Assembly: GCA_000708835.1 (NCBI GenBank)
Contig: DF236966.1
Location: 336,243 to 400,242 of the forward strand
Source of the DNA: Klebsormidium nitens
Lineage: Eukaryota; Plantae; Klebsormidiophyceae
Direction of reading: 5' to 3'
Length of the DNA stretch: 64,000 nucleotides
In this document: positions 32,935-45,007 of the stretch, piece after piece
Layout: each line of letters opens with the position of its first letter
How positions within the stretch are numbered: the first letter of the stretch is position 1
Translations under genes and position numbers: made by a program
The notes under the pieces: generated by a model
Told to the model about the DNA's origin: nothing
Databases searched by the model: none
What the model saw: the letters and a program-made list of their open reading frames with translations, nothing else

Positions 32935-34371
32935 ATGGCGGACCTCTTTGAAGAGCTACCAGAAGACGCCAATCATTTGATCTGTAGGTTCACGTCCAGC
33001 CTTGACCTGGACCTCGGGGAGATTTGGCCCCTACGGCAAGTTTCAAAGACGTGGAAGCAGGCGGTGGAAGAAGGGCACCTGGGAGAAGCCGGCCGCTTCC
33101 ACAAACCAGGCTTGCTCACTTTCGCTTGCCGGGTTGTTGACGCTGAGCCTGGCAGGGGCAAAAGTTTGTTAGAGTGGCAGAATGTTTATCCTGGACTGGG
33201 GGTTCTGAATGAAGATAGGACTGTGCTTCATGTTCATCCATTCAGGAAGAGGACGTTTGGGAAGGGTCTGACTGAGGCACAGTCAAGCGCGGTCTGGGTG
33301 GACATACCCGAGAGCACGGTTGTGGTCAACAGAGCAGTGTACGTTCTGAGCGAGCCAAAGCGTGCCCCGAGTGATGTCTATTTAAGGGTGCGAGAGTTTC
33401 GCCTGAGGTCTTTTGACCTGACCAGTCGAGAGGGGTGCTGGAAGGAGAGGAGCTCTTTGCAGCTCACAGAGGAAGAAGCCCCATTGTCTCCTACGGCAGA
33501 GGGCTTCGTTTTCGGGTTTAACTTCTGCACTGTGCAAACCAGCTTTACCGTGGTCGCATCCCAGCGCTACGTCTTCGTCTTGCACTACGCAATACCGAGC
33601 GTTGTCTCCGAATTCCCGAATAGGTGGTTTGCAATCATCAGGTCTTCGCACGGAAGCCTCTACGACACCCTGAGCGACACGTGGAGGCCCTTCGCGTTGC
33701 CTCCGCATTTCCTGCCACCCACCCCACGAACAGGCTTAAACGATTGCCCGTCCAGGTTCCATGAATGGAAAGAGGGTGACGTCTTGGCATATCTCGCCGA
33801 AGGAAGGAAGGTGACTGAAGTGATGTGTGCTGCATCTGCGGATGCCATTGTTCTGTTAAACGGGCTGCAAAAGAAAGTGTGGCTTCATTCCCTGGCGGAA
33901 CGAGAGCTCGACCAACCCTGGAAGGCAGTCTCTTTTGGATCAGCACTTGGGGAGCAACATTCCCCGGAGGAAATATCCTACTCTTCTCTGACGGCTGTCT
34001 CGGGCGTTCCCGACGCATTCGCCTTCTCTTTCTTGAGGACTACAGGCCCAGGCGCTCCTAGCAAGGACATCATCAAGGCCAAGTCTGCTCCACAAGGGCA
34101 GAGCATGGGCATTGCAGAGAATGATTCATCAACGGTTCTCGCCGTGACAGACGAAACACGTTGGTTAGCGCCCGAAAATTTCGACGGAAGGTACCACGAA
34201 GATCTTCATGACGTGCACGGAGAACTGCTTGTTTTCGGCAAGGAGGCAGGCAGGTGGCAGGGAAGCAAGAAGCATGTGAGATACATACAACCGTTTAAGG
34301 GCAGATACTCTAAAAGGCTCGGTGAGGTTCTCTGGTCCCGTCTCTTAGCCATACCAAAGGCAGGTTCTTGA
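32935..34371 (+). CDS. Intronless F-box protein, 478 aa, with possible kelch-like blades in the C-terminal region
   Basis: N-terminal F-box-like LFEELPEDANHLICRF...LRQVSKTWKQAV; kelch-like GSLYDTLSDTWRPF; long uninterrupted ATG-TGA ORF. Confidence 0.8.
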   Translation: MADLFEELPEDANHLICRFTSSLDLDLGEIWPLRQVSKTWKQAVEEGHLGEAGRFHKPGLLTFACRVVDAEPGRGKSLLEWQNVYPGLGVLNEDRTVLHVHPFRKRTFGKGLTEAQSSAVWVDIPESTVVVNRAVYVLSEPKRAPSDVYLRVREFRLRSFDLTSREGCWKERSSLQLTEEEAPLSPTAEGFVFGFNFCTVQTSFTVVASQRYVFVLHYAIPSVVSEFPNRWFAIIRSSHGSLYDTLSDTWRPFALPPHFLPPTPRTGLNDCPSRFHEWKEGDVLAYLAEGRKVTEVMCAASADAIVLLNGLQKKVWLHSLAERELDQPWKAVSFGSALGEQHSPEEISYSSLTAVSGVPDAFAFSFLRTTGPGAPSKDIIKAKSAPQGQSMGIAENDSSTVLAVTDETRWLAPENFDGRYHEDLHDVHGELLVFGKEAGRWQGSKKHVRYIQPFKGRYSKRLGEVLWSRLLAIPKAGS

Positions 34372-35030
34372 ACTGTTATGACGATTTTGATCTTCCGAGT
34401 ACGTCACAGTCGGGCAGTCGCCCGGGCCAGAGTAGGCAAAGCTAAGATAAAAGATAAGGGAGTTAATCGACGGATCTTGAAGACCTTACTCAAGAATCTA
34501 ACGTGCAAGGCTTCAATCATACAAGCAGCTTCAAGGAATCATGAAAACTGATGACGGACTCAGTTAGTGCACTCGAGCGGCGCTTGCTTCGGCTGCTTGT
34601 TTGTACACTTCTGCGATTGCACGCAAATTGAATTCAATGTTCTGCATGAGCCATGTCTAGCGTGCTCAGATCCCTGTATGGTTGTTCGTATCATTCTCCT
34701 GGCCCATGAGTGTCTGCGCCCTAGTTGTCCTGCAAGCTTTTTCCTCGATGTTGACAAGTCGCGGGCGCCTCGCACAGAAGCTGAGTCTAAGCAATCTGCC
34801 GGAGTCTAAACTAGGAGGCCCAAAATAGAGGTCCGGCCGCCCTCACTTGATTGCATGCGCAGGTCATCAGTCAGTGCATCCATCGGCCACTGACAGGAGC
34901 CTCGATACCAACCTCGATCGAGGACGGGAAACTCTGAGACGTTGCAAATGGTACGGTACAAAACAGCACGACATGCAACAAGTGCATATGATGCATGGAC
35001 TCTAATCTAGCACCTGCACACAATCAATTA

Positions 35031-35521
35031 NNNNNNNNNNNNNNNNNNNNNNNNNNNNNNNNNNNNNNNNNNNNNNNNNNNNNNNNNNNNNNNNNNNNNN
35101 NNNNNNNNNNNNNNNNNNNNNNNNNNNNNNNNNNNNNNNNNNNNNNNNNNNNNNNNNNNNNNNNNNNNNNNNNNNNNNNNNNNNNNNNNNNNNNNNNNNN
35201 NNNNNNNNNNNNNNNNNNNNNNNNNNNNNNNNNNNNNNNNNNNNNNNNNNNNNNNNNNNNNNNNNNNNNNNNNNNNNNNNNNNNNNNNNNNNNNNNNNNN
35301 NNNNNNNNNNNNNNNNNNNNNNNNNNNNNNNNNNNNNNNNNNNNNNNNNNNNNNNNNNNNNNNNNNNNNNNNNNNNNNNNNNNNNNNNNNNNNNNNNNNN
35401 NNNNNNNNNNNNNNNNNNNNNNNNNNNNNNNNNNNNNNNNNNNNNNNNNNNNNNNNNNNNNNNNNNNNNNNNNNNNNNNNNNNNNNNNNNNNNNNNNNNN
35501 NNNNNNNNNNNNNNNNNNNNN
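35031..35521. other. Assembly gap (491 N)
   Basis: Run of N characters. Confidence 1.
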
Positions 35522-36025
35522 CTTGTGTAAGCAAAGGAAGCGTCGGAGCGCATATATGGAGTCCTGATTGCGGTAGGATATCGACATGGTGAGCAATTTT
35601 CCGCACGAGACGTTGCACACACATGCATGGCTGCTTCAGCCTGGCGCTCGTTACGCCTCAACATCGAGTCGTCGACATGTGATCTTATGAACACAACCAA
35701 AGGACGCAACGCACCATCAGATATTGAGAATAAGCGAAATCTGAACAGCTTGTACACCCTCATTTTTCACATGGACAACCACTTTATGGCAAAACGTGAA
35801 GCGTACCTTCAGACGAGTGATTATAACGAAGCCGCTCAAACGAGCGGTCTCACCGAGTAAACGTAGAAACCTGACCCTATGCAGAGCAAGCTTTGCTCCT
35901 CAAATTGTCCTCTTTTTCAAAGGCAGCTACGAAGCTCCTCTCTGTACACGTGCACACACCTTTCCCACCCCGCAGGGCGGCATTTCGCCCCGCAACCTAC
36001 CCTGATAACCGACTCTTGCTCTACG

Positions 36026-39000
36026 TCAGCTCTGCGCACATTCTATTCTATGCACTCCCCCCTCCGCGTCCCCTGCGACCCGCAGCCGCTGTAGCAGCTC
36101 CATGGGTAGACCCACCACGCGTGGCCGCCACATGCTTTTCTGATTCTCCGCCATTACTTGGACCGTATCCAACGGCTGGGGGCCGGCGACGCCGCCCGAA
36201 ACGGAAGACGGGTTCTCCGCGAGCGGGGACCAAATCTGCAATGTGCGCCAGCTCGATTACGTAAGGTGACGGATCTAGCGCATCTTTGAGGGAGGTCCCT
36301 TGCGATGTACGGCAGACGGCGCAGTGGTAAAAGCACGACTACGGCGGGAGAAATCGATGACAAGGGTTAGCAAGATATGATTCGAGACAAGCAGTTGTTT
36401 CTTCATTCACTGGTCTAAGATCCGCCGCGGGCAAAGCGATCCCAGGAAGCTTCTTTCAAAGTTGTTCTGCTTCGCTCCCATTCTCATTTGGAAAGCAGTC
36501 AGTCTCGTTGACCATGTGGTGAAGTGTGGTACCTCAGACCATTACCTCAATCCTTGGGGTTTTGACACGCTTCTTGATCAAATTCCGATCCAATCCCTTG
36601 AACTGCAAAATCCCTCGTGCGCTCCGGCACCCCTCACCTTGATCGTGTCGTCGATCCCGCTCGTCGCGACCGCGCAGTCGTACGGATGCGCCTGCACGCA
36701 ATTCACCACGTTCTCATCCCCCGCCAGCACCTTCACGAGCTGCCCCGTGCGCGCCTCCCACACGAACCACCGCCCGTCATCGCTTCCGCTCGCGACAAAC
36801 TCCCCGCCCCCCCCGAGGAAACTCGCCTGCTTGATATCCGTCCCCGTATTACAGTGCCCCACGTAACGCTGCACCATATCGAGCGCGTATTCCTCCGCAT
36901 CTAGTACTTTCCGCCGCGCGGACTTTGTGTTGTGGGCCTCGCCGGAGGCCTCGTCCAGCCGCTCGCGGCTGCTTTTCCGCCCGCTAGAGCCCGCCGACCC
37001 GCCCGACAGGGCCCGCCGGTGCCCCTCGCTCCCGCGGCTCCCCTCGCTTTCCGCGCGCGCTTCGGGACCCATCCTCTCGCCCGTTTGATCCTTACGGCCC
37101 CCGTTCCCCCTACCCTCCAAGTCGAGGACCGACACCGGGCTATCCACTAGACCTAGGCTGGCCTGCTGGAAGGGTGACGTCAGCCCGGGGCTAGGTGGCG
37201 TCATACCGAAGCCTGGTGACGTCATCTCGGGGTAAGATGACGGCATCGCCGGCACGGGCAAGCTTGCTCCCGGGCCGCCAAGCCGCCGACAACCGGCGCC
37301 GGAGTCTTCACTGGTGGTCGACGGGGGGCTCGAGCTGCTGGCAAATTGGAAGTCGCCACGTGGCAGCGTGCCAGGCCCTCGCATGGGAGGGTGGGAGGCC
37401 TCCGGGGCTGTGCTGCTACCGAGAAAGTCGCCCTCGAAGCTGGAGTCCATGTTGCCGTCGGATTCTTCGGCCTGTGAAGACAGCGAACCTTTCAGTTTCT
37501 AAAGATAAGCACGGTTTGGAGAAGGCTTTGTGCTTGCCTTTTCTGAAGCAGGTTGTGTAAGATGAACCAAATCTGATGAACCGGACAGGCGACAGTCAGA
37601 TTGTTGGGAAGGACAGGGCGTGGCGAGGCGCTTTTTCAACAAGAGGGCAAGCATTAGGCGTCGACATGCTACTGGGTTCCTGCCACGGGACAATATCGGA
37701 TACAATGACTTGACTTGCGGAAAAGCCATCGACACGTCTCCCCTGTAATCTCCGTCATTTCAAAACCCCCCCCTGGACCCGTGAAGAGGTACAAAACACC
37801 TCGAGAAATTGTGGGAAAAGACCACTACAGCTTCTGCTCCAAGCCAGAGCCGCACCTCGTCACTGAAATCGGGTAAAGATGCGTCTATCTCACATAGCCA
37901 AGTAATGAAGTAGTAAATCTTCATAACCTGGGAAAACAGTGCTTCAAAACCTGGAAATGCAGAGACTCCAAAACCTAGAGCACTGGATCTGACAAAAAGA
38001 TGTCAAATGCTCTACGCACCACGCTCGGCGTGTCTTCCGAGTCGTGCCCACTGCCGCTTTCCTCTCTGTCGTCGTACTCGTCTTCCTCTTCCATTTGGTC
38101 AATCGGCCCGTCCTCTCCGACCAGCCAGTCCCGCAAGCGGACACGTGTCCTCATCCCCGAACCGTTCTCGTGGGGGATCCCCTGCTCTCCGTTGTTGCGC
38201 TGCCGCCGCCGGCGTTCCTCTGAGGCTGTGCGATGCAAAGCAGATTGCTAGAGTGAGCGGTGGAAAAGAACAGTCAGCTGACAAGAATAGCGAGTTTTCA
38301 AACCAAGCGCAACACGGATAAGGATGAAGGGCCGAGTAATAATCGACTGTACGTGAGAAGATGGAGCGGAAGGGGACTGATATGAGCTAATCCTGGTCAG
38401 CGTAATATGATGAGATCAAGAGAAACCCCGCAAACTATGACAGCGAGCAGAGGAGCCATTACTGCAACCGTTGATGGAGAAGCGCTCACACAGCATACAC
38501 GGACAATTTTTCTTTCCCAGCTGGAAACCAAATGAGCCCTTCAAGGCAGATCGCAGAAATCACATGCTGATGAAAGCTCTACACACGCAGCCAACGTATG
38601 AGGCCACCTCTCCAGGCAATGAGAGGGGATCTCGAGATCGTGCAAAACGAAACGAAAACACGCTCTAAAGAAGATACGCTGCCAGGCCTGCTCTTCTAAA
38701 AGCTATTGTACGCACCTTCCCTAACCCTCCCCGCAGTCAGCACAACCAGCTCCGCTAACCCGGGGTTAGCGGGGTCCAACTGGTGCGCCCGCTCGGCAAA
38801 CTGCAGCGCCTGCCGGTACCGCTTAAGCTGCAGCAGGGCCTCGGACGTCCGCTGGTGCGCCGGCACGCTGTATGCGTCCATAACCCGTGCGGAGTTGCAG
38901 TCGCGCAGGGCCATGTGCGCGTCGTTGCGCCACCCGCGCTTCGTCAGGGCTGCAAAAGGAAGTGGACCGTGCCATTTTGCTCATTTGGTTGCTACCAAAG

Positions 39001-42000
39001 AAAGGGGTAAATGCCTTTCACGAGTGTATAACAACGGCTACCAAACGGTGTGTTTTGAGCTTGTATGGATTGCACAAGGCCAGGTGCGAATCATTGTGCC
39101 CCCCGCGCTTCGTCAGGACTGCGTGAGGGAGTGGCTCATGCGGTGTGGTCATCCGTAACTGCTGGTTGTGGCAGCGTTTCGCACGACTTAACTAAAAGAG
39201 GGTTGTTTGAGATTAGCTGAGGTGCGCAGGCCCATGTGTGCAATGTCGCATCACGCCGGATCAAGGCTACCTGTGGGAGTGCTGTGCAGAGCACCAGACG
39301 AAAGAAAGGCATCACCCAAACGCGTATGGCACCCCTTTCGGCGCGTAGCAGTCCTTCCGGATGCTGAACTGAATGGGAATTTACAGCGTCATTCGAACAG
39401 TTTCACTGGTCTCGCAACACTTCCAAGTCTCGCAATACTTATCACGCAAGAAAGGTCCTGTGCGTGCATGTTTGCATGAAGTTGGGGCCCTGTCAACATA
39501 CCTGCCGCGCGAGTGCACAGGCAGTCGTGCCTCAGCCCCGGGCCGACGATGCTTGGGCCAAGGCCTTTTCCTTCCAGCACCTCCGATAGCTCCTCGATCA
39601 CTCGGGTGCAGTTTTCTGGACCGCTCGAGTCGGAGAGGCGCTCACTTGCGGACGCCAGCTTCTGTTCGCAGCGGAGGTACCGCTTCTGCGGGCAGCGGAA
39701 AAGGAGGGTTTAGTGGGAGCTCAAAAAAGATTGCCGAAAAAACACGTAAGAGCAGACGGAAAGGTTCAAAGTTATCTCGAGTGTCGATAGACTGTGGGAG
39801 CGTGACACACGGCCTGATAACGAGGCTGAGCAAATCCAAAGGGAGTACAAAAGTTTAAGAAACACGAACAGAGTTGGTCAACCGAGATAAAACCCGTGTC
39901 CTTCCATATAGGCACAGCAGGTCGCTTTTGAGGCGATTTGCGACCCGCGCCCTGAATCCAGCTCTCATTGACAACCGAGCCCTCGAAAGTTGCCCAATAG
40001 TGGGACCCTACCGAGCTATCATACGCTGCGCTTGGAAGAATGCCGTTTTGCCACCCCAAAACTTAGACCGATAGAGCAGGGTCAGCAAGAAGACCAGTGG
40101 TCATAACAATGGTAACAAACGGCGCCACAACTTTGCGAATTTCAGCCCAACCCCCAAAAGCGCACACCTATATTTGAGAGTGAAGTACGAAAGCAGCGAT
40201 AACTCACAAACGCCAAGGAAGCTTGCCCTCCTGTCGCGGCCTCTACTGATTCTCCGCTACGATCCAGCTCGGGAGTTGCGTGCCCGGAGATGCCGTTCTC
40301 GGGCATGGGAAGGACTGTCTTGCTGGCCACGTTGGGTGCCCGGTACACAGAACTGGGGTTACCTGTCAGCAGACGAAGAGGACCCCCGATCAGAAAGGCG
40401 CCCATGCATTCGAAGGACCATTAGCAGACTGTTACAGGGAAGCTCAAAGAATACGAGCCGCCCAGGGAAGAACTGACTGCAGAAGAAAAAATGAGCGGCC
40501 CGTCTCTCTCGGCAGCAAACATTGGGGCGAATAGCGAGACTGGAAATTTTCCTACAAAAATCCAGTGCAATGTGCCCGATTCCAACGTGAGCGCGCTCGA
40601 CGAAAGGAGCGACAGACGAACGAGAAGAAACAACCAAGGCAACATACGAGAAAGGGGGTACAAGAATGCAAGGCAAATAAAGTCAGCCAAGTCAAAGATA
40701 GAAAATTGGTTTGCCCACCTTTGTTTTTGCAACATTCACCTTTGTTTTTGCAACATTCAATCCTTCTTCTGGTCAGGGAGAAGTCGTCAAATTCAACAAG
40801 GATGTCAAAGCTGTCCAGTCCTCCGATCAAAAAGCAAGCTGACCGTTACAGGTGGCTGATACGAAAGCAAAGGAACTTCTGGCACAGATCCTTTCCCCAG
40901 CTTTTGTCTCCTTCCCTTAATGCCACCTTAGGCTGCTGCCTGAGAAAGAAAGCAAGGATTCATTAACACTGTTCATCGGTGCGGCTCACCTGGAATTGCG
41001 GGCATTCTGTACACGTGTTCTCCGCTGTAGCTCAGCAGAACGTCCGTGCCTTGGGGGTTGAAAGTCACGTGGGTCAGGTGGAGGCCTTGCTTCGTCTGCA
41101 ACAATGAGTGTCGACGCTTGAAACGGTTCAATGAGACAGCGCATGACGACTGGATAATAACACCAGCACAATCTGCGCAGTGGATGTGGTACTGACAATA
41201 ATGGGGACTGCAAAGCGGTGGAATCAACCCTGGGGTTTGGAGTCCCTCGAATCTCATCATGCACTGAGACTGCACTGAGGCAAAGGAAAGGGAGAGCGAT
41301 CGAGAACAAGAAGAAAAAGGAAGCCGGGCCTAGGACCCCGACCGAAAAAGCAATGAGGTGAAAGATGCACGAACGCAGGAGGGCTGCGGTTCACTCCGAG
41401 TTGCTGAGGAGAAAGCCAAACACGCAAATGCAGGAGGCCTGAGGAAGTTGAGCACAACCGCGAGCCAGATAAATCGGGGGACCAGTTCTGAGGGCTTACC
41501 GCCTCTGCCAGGTGCGCTGGGGCGTAGTAGCAGACACAGGGGGGGGCGGGGACAGGGTGCGCATCTCGGCACATGGAGGAGGGGGTGGGAAGCATGCGGC
41601 GGTCGTACAGGCGAGCGAAGGCGTCACTGCACGGACGAGAGAATCGCAGTTTTGGATAGGGTTCGAGTTGCTTAAGAAAGAGGGGGGCAAGGACGGTGGG
41701 CGGTCGTACAGACGGGCAAAGGGTCACTGCACAGACGGCAGCATGGACGCGGTTAGTGACAGGGTTAGAGCTGGCTAAGCGGGGACGGGGTCGCGGTGCG
41801 CCTCTTGGAATATGGAACAAAGGGTGGGGAGCATGGGGCGGTCGTACAGGCGGCCGAAGGCGTCGCTGCACGGACAGGGTTAACGGCAGGGTTAGAAACA
41901 GGTTTAGGGGTGGGAAAGATCGGGTCAGCGATTACGTCTCATAAGGAAGCGAAGACGAAGTTGTAGGTATGAACGAGGGAAAGATGACGACGGAGTTGAT

Positions 42001-45000
42001 TGAAGGATTCTAATCTCAGGTAAAAATGAGTGCGAGGAACGGGTTAGATGGGAAGAGAGTTGGCAAGGGGGCTGGAGACGGGTCAGAAAGGCGCTAGAAA
42101 AAGTGAGCACTTTTCAAATCTTGCACGGATCCCAGGCTCGTACCAGGCTCCAGAGAAGGAGCTGGAAGCGTAAGCAATGCATCAGATTCGATGAAGCAAG
42201 TCGAGGAACCCCTCCGTAGACATTCCAAAATGGCTGATACCTTGTTTCAAATCCAAACGACATGAGCACACACATCAAACATCTGACTTGAGGCTGTCGT
42301 TGCATTGTGTGCAGGTTGTTCTGAGAGCTGATGGCATCAAGGTAATCACAGCGTAACGAGGCTCAAAATCATACAGAAGCTCTGAACGTCTTGAACACAA
42401 TACGCTCGCTTACCTTCCCCCCACGAGAATGTGGTTGGGTCTGGTCGGGTGGATGGCGCAGCTCTTGAGCGCGAGGCAGTGGCGGGGGGGGGCGGCCAGG
42501 GAGCGCTTCATGGCCCCCCGGAGATCAAGCTGGCAACAGAGCAAAGCAAGGCATCAGGCTGAGGCATCGTAACCGCACCACTCTTGAAACCGGTACGACA
42601 CGGCCAGACCTGATTGCTACGTCCCGACCGAACAACCTCGACGAAGACACTCGGAGTGATTGCGACCTGTAGAGTGTCGAACTTCTCTTTCACACACCCT
42701 GTAGATTCGAGCGACACATGCTCTGCCCTTCTGCTCTCAACCACGTCTTCGGAGGACACTTTGAACGCGACGAAATCGACGTGCTCGAGCAGCCGCAGCC
42801 GGAGTTGACCGAGTCCGACAACAATCTCGGGTTTTCCCGTCCGGAATCAGAAACCTCCGAAAGCGGCCGCACCAGTTGAAAGTTCCGGGCTCCCCCTTAC
42901 CAGCACGCTGCGACACTCGTCCTGAAAGCCCTGCCGGCACGGCCCCCGCTCGCGCAGGTCATGCTGACGCAATGTTCCATCTTCGGAGGCGCTCCACACC
43001 AGATACGGATTGCCCGGTTCCACCGCTAGCTTTTTCACGCGCCGCGTGTGGCACGCTAGCACGCGCACCCCGCCCTGCGACTCGGTTCCCCCACGGTTGA
43101 GGCGGTGGATGCGGACCTCGCCGTCTCCAGCACCGGATGCGATGATCTCATCTGGGAGAAAAAAAGCGATGGAGGGTAAAATCGGTTAGTGAAACTACCC
43201 CGTCGGTTGAGGCGATGGATGCGAACCTCGCAGTCGCCGGCACCGGAGGCGATGATCTCAGCTAGGAAGGTAAAGCGATGGAGGGGCAAATTTGGTCAGT
43301 AGACCAATTCGGATCACTAGGGCATCGCCGTCTTCGGCTCGAAAGGCATTGATCTCGTTTGGAGGCAAAGCGATAGGGGGTTGGGAAGAACGATTTAGAT
43401 TAGGTCAGAGGTTTTGAACAGTATCAGTCTGAGAGGAAGGACGATGGAGAGTGAGGTGAACCGTTTAAGAGTACGGTAGAGGGAACATGGAATCAACAAG
43501 GCTCCGGCTGATGAGGGCTCATAGGATCTCTCGCAATCACGACAAGGTCACTTTGAAGACAACTGTCTCGTACAGAAGACGCCGATGATGGACAAAGGTC
43601 TTCATGCTTTTGCAATGTACCTTCGGATGTGCTTCCGCCCGTTCAGGGTAAGCTCAAGAACACTTTTATACTTCTAGTGATAAGCAGTCATCTTTCGAGC
43701 AGAGAGATTATTGGAACCCGCAAAGCAGGAGCTCCGAACCAGGGGTGTTAAACTTCTGATCACAAGGCAAAGCTGCATCCCATCTTTGATATCAAAAACT
43801 TTCAAGCACCCTTTGGTTCGTTTCCTTCTCACCGTTGCACTCCGGCATGAACTGTGTGCAGAAAATGTTTGCGGAGTGGCCCGAATCGACGCTGTACAGC
43901 AACCGGCGGGAGCCGTAGTCCCACACGTTCACGCGGGTGTCATCCGAACCGGAGACCAGCAAGGAGCCCGACTTGTTCCATGCGATGGAGTTCACACAGC
44001 CCGTGTGACCCTGCAAAGGCACAGTGTGAAGCGGCTGGAGAAGTTGTTCTTAATACGACTCGCCTTGTAATCGATGTCTTGTCTTACTTGGTGATGATTG
44101 CGCAGAGTCAGGTTCGGGGTGTTGTCTTCATTCTCTTTTTGCAAACTCTGAAGCGTGGAAAGAAGAAACAAGTCTTCTGTCGAAATCACTTACAGAGAGA
44201 CCTGATCTCTCAGGTCCGAACGTGGTGCAAGGACAAGTGACGCAAAGAAGGACAGAGGTGAGGCATCAGAGCCCCAAATATCTCCCACGGGACGTTGAAT
44301 CGGAAAGTTTCTAACTCGAATTATCGTGTTTGGCATGCCAACACGTTGAAGGCACTGTAAGAAGGAACATCTGCTAAGATGGCACCAAGTACGTGACTTC
44401 AGAAGATTGCGCTCCAGAATCGAAGAGCTCTTAAGTGGCACACCAATGCTTGTGCACTAACAACTGGAAAACCAAAAACCTTCAGATGCTGCAAGAGTTT
44501 CATTGAGATTAATTGTAATCCCCATTGGAACAGCTTTTGTGCATCTTCGAAATAGTCGGACAACCAGAAAGCAGAATAACAAGTGTTCTAAAGCTCCGTC
44601 TGACGCTAAGAACTGTTCACATGACAAGGTAAAATGCAAGCGGAGTGAGGATGGATGCAATTGGGGATGCTTCTAATTCGTATACCCCCATCTTTTGCTC
44701 TCTCAAACGGGGTTTGAAAGCTCAAAAAAGTACTCATCTTCTTCTGAAAGTACTGGAACAGTCCCTTGGTGGCTTGACTTGACTTGAAGCAACAAAGAGA
44801 ATGCTTGCTCGGAAATTCAAGGTCCGCATCAAACCTCTGCAGAACCAAGAGCGGAAGCTGTAACCAGCTTACCTCTAGGGTTGAATCGAGGGTTAAGCGG
44901 CGAACCAGGGCCTCATGCATCTGGACCGCCCCCCTGATCGAGTGAGGTCCAGAAGCCTGCGTGATGTCGGCGCTGATATCAGCAAAACCTGCCCTCATAT

Positions 45001-45007
45001 GGGCCAT
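36026..45007 (-). CDS. ASG2: WD40 + TPR DDB1-CUL4-associated factor (ASG2/WDTC1 type), about 911 aa, 12 exons, C-terminal CaaX (CAQS)
   Basis: Exons 5'->3': 44873..45007, 43833..44010, 42901..43151, 42414..42529, 41500..41626, 40990..41095, 40208..40362, 39502..39685, 38716..38949, 38020..38225, 36638..37471, 36026..36235 (2736 nt). Motifs: LVRRLTLDSTLEGHTGCVNSIAWN...SGSDDTRVNVW, CHTRRVKKLAVE, VGGSDAFARLYDRR, HLTHVTFNPQGTDVLLSYSGEHVY, TPR-like KRGWRNDAHMALRDC, QRYVGHCNTGTDIKQASF, ATSGIDDTIKIWSP. The start codon is uncertain. Confidence 0.95.
39060..39135 (-). repeat. Intronic copy of the ASG2 exon 9 acceptor and exon start
   Basis: ctcacgcag|TCCTGACGAAGCGCGGGGGGCACAATGATTCGCACCTGGCCTTGTGCAAT (39118) versus ttttgcag|CCCTGACGAAGCGCGGGTGGCGCAACGACGCGCACATGGCCCTGCGCGAC (38949). 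Confidence 0.88.
41660..41910 (-). repeat. Two intronic copies of the ASG2 exon 5 acceptor and exon start
   Basis: gtgcag|TGACCCTTTGCCCGTCTGTACGACCGCC (41726) and gtgcag|CGACGCCTTCGGCCGCCTGTACGACCGCCCCATGCTCCCCACC (41865) versus real gtgcag|TGACGCCTTCGCTCGCCTGTACGACCGCCGCATGCTTCCCACC (41626). Confidence 0.92.
43195..43385 (-). repeat. Two intronic copies of the ASG2 exon 3 acceptor and exon start
   Basis: The copy at 43261 encodes AEIIASGAGDCEVRIHRLNRR versus real DEIIASGAGDGEVRIHRLNRG (43151). An older copy at 43325-43385 has lost the AG. Confidence 0.92.

Noticed and set aside
32556-32972. 138-aa minus-strand ORF and other antisense ORFs over GC-rich exons
   Set aside because: Shadow ORFs expected from GC-rich coding sequence, with no independent protein signature.
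34995-35763. Four long ORFs in the track spanning the N run
   Set aside because: Artefacts of translating the assembly gap.
38752-38772. Near-perfect 10-bp inverted repeat ccgctaaccc-g-gggttagcgg
   Set aside because: It lies inside a coding exon (DPANPGLAE) and is explained by codon content.
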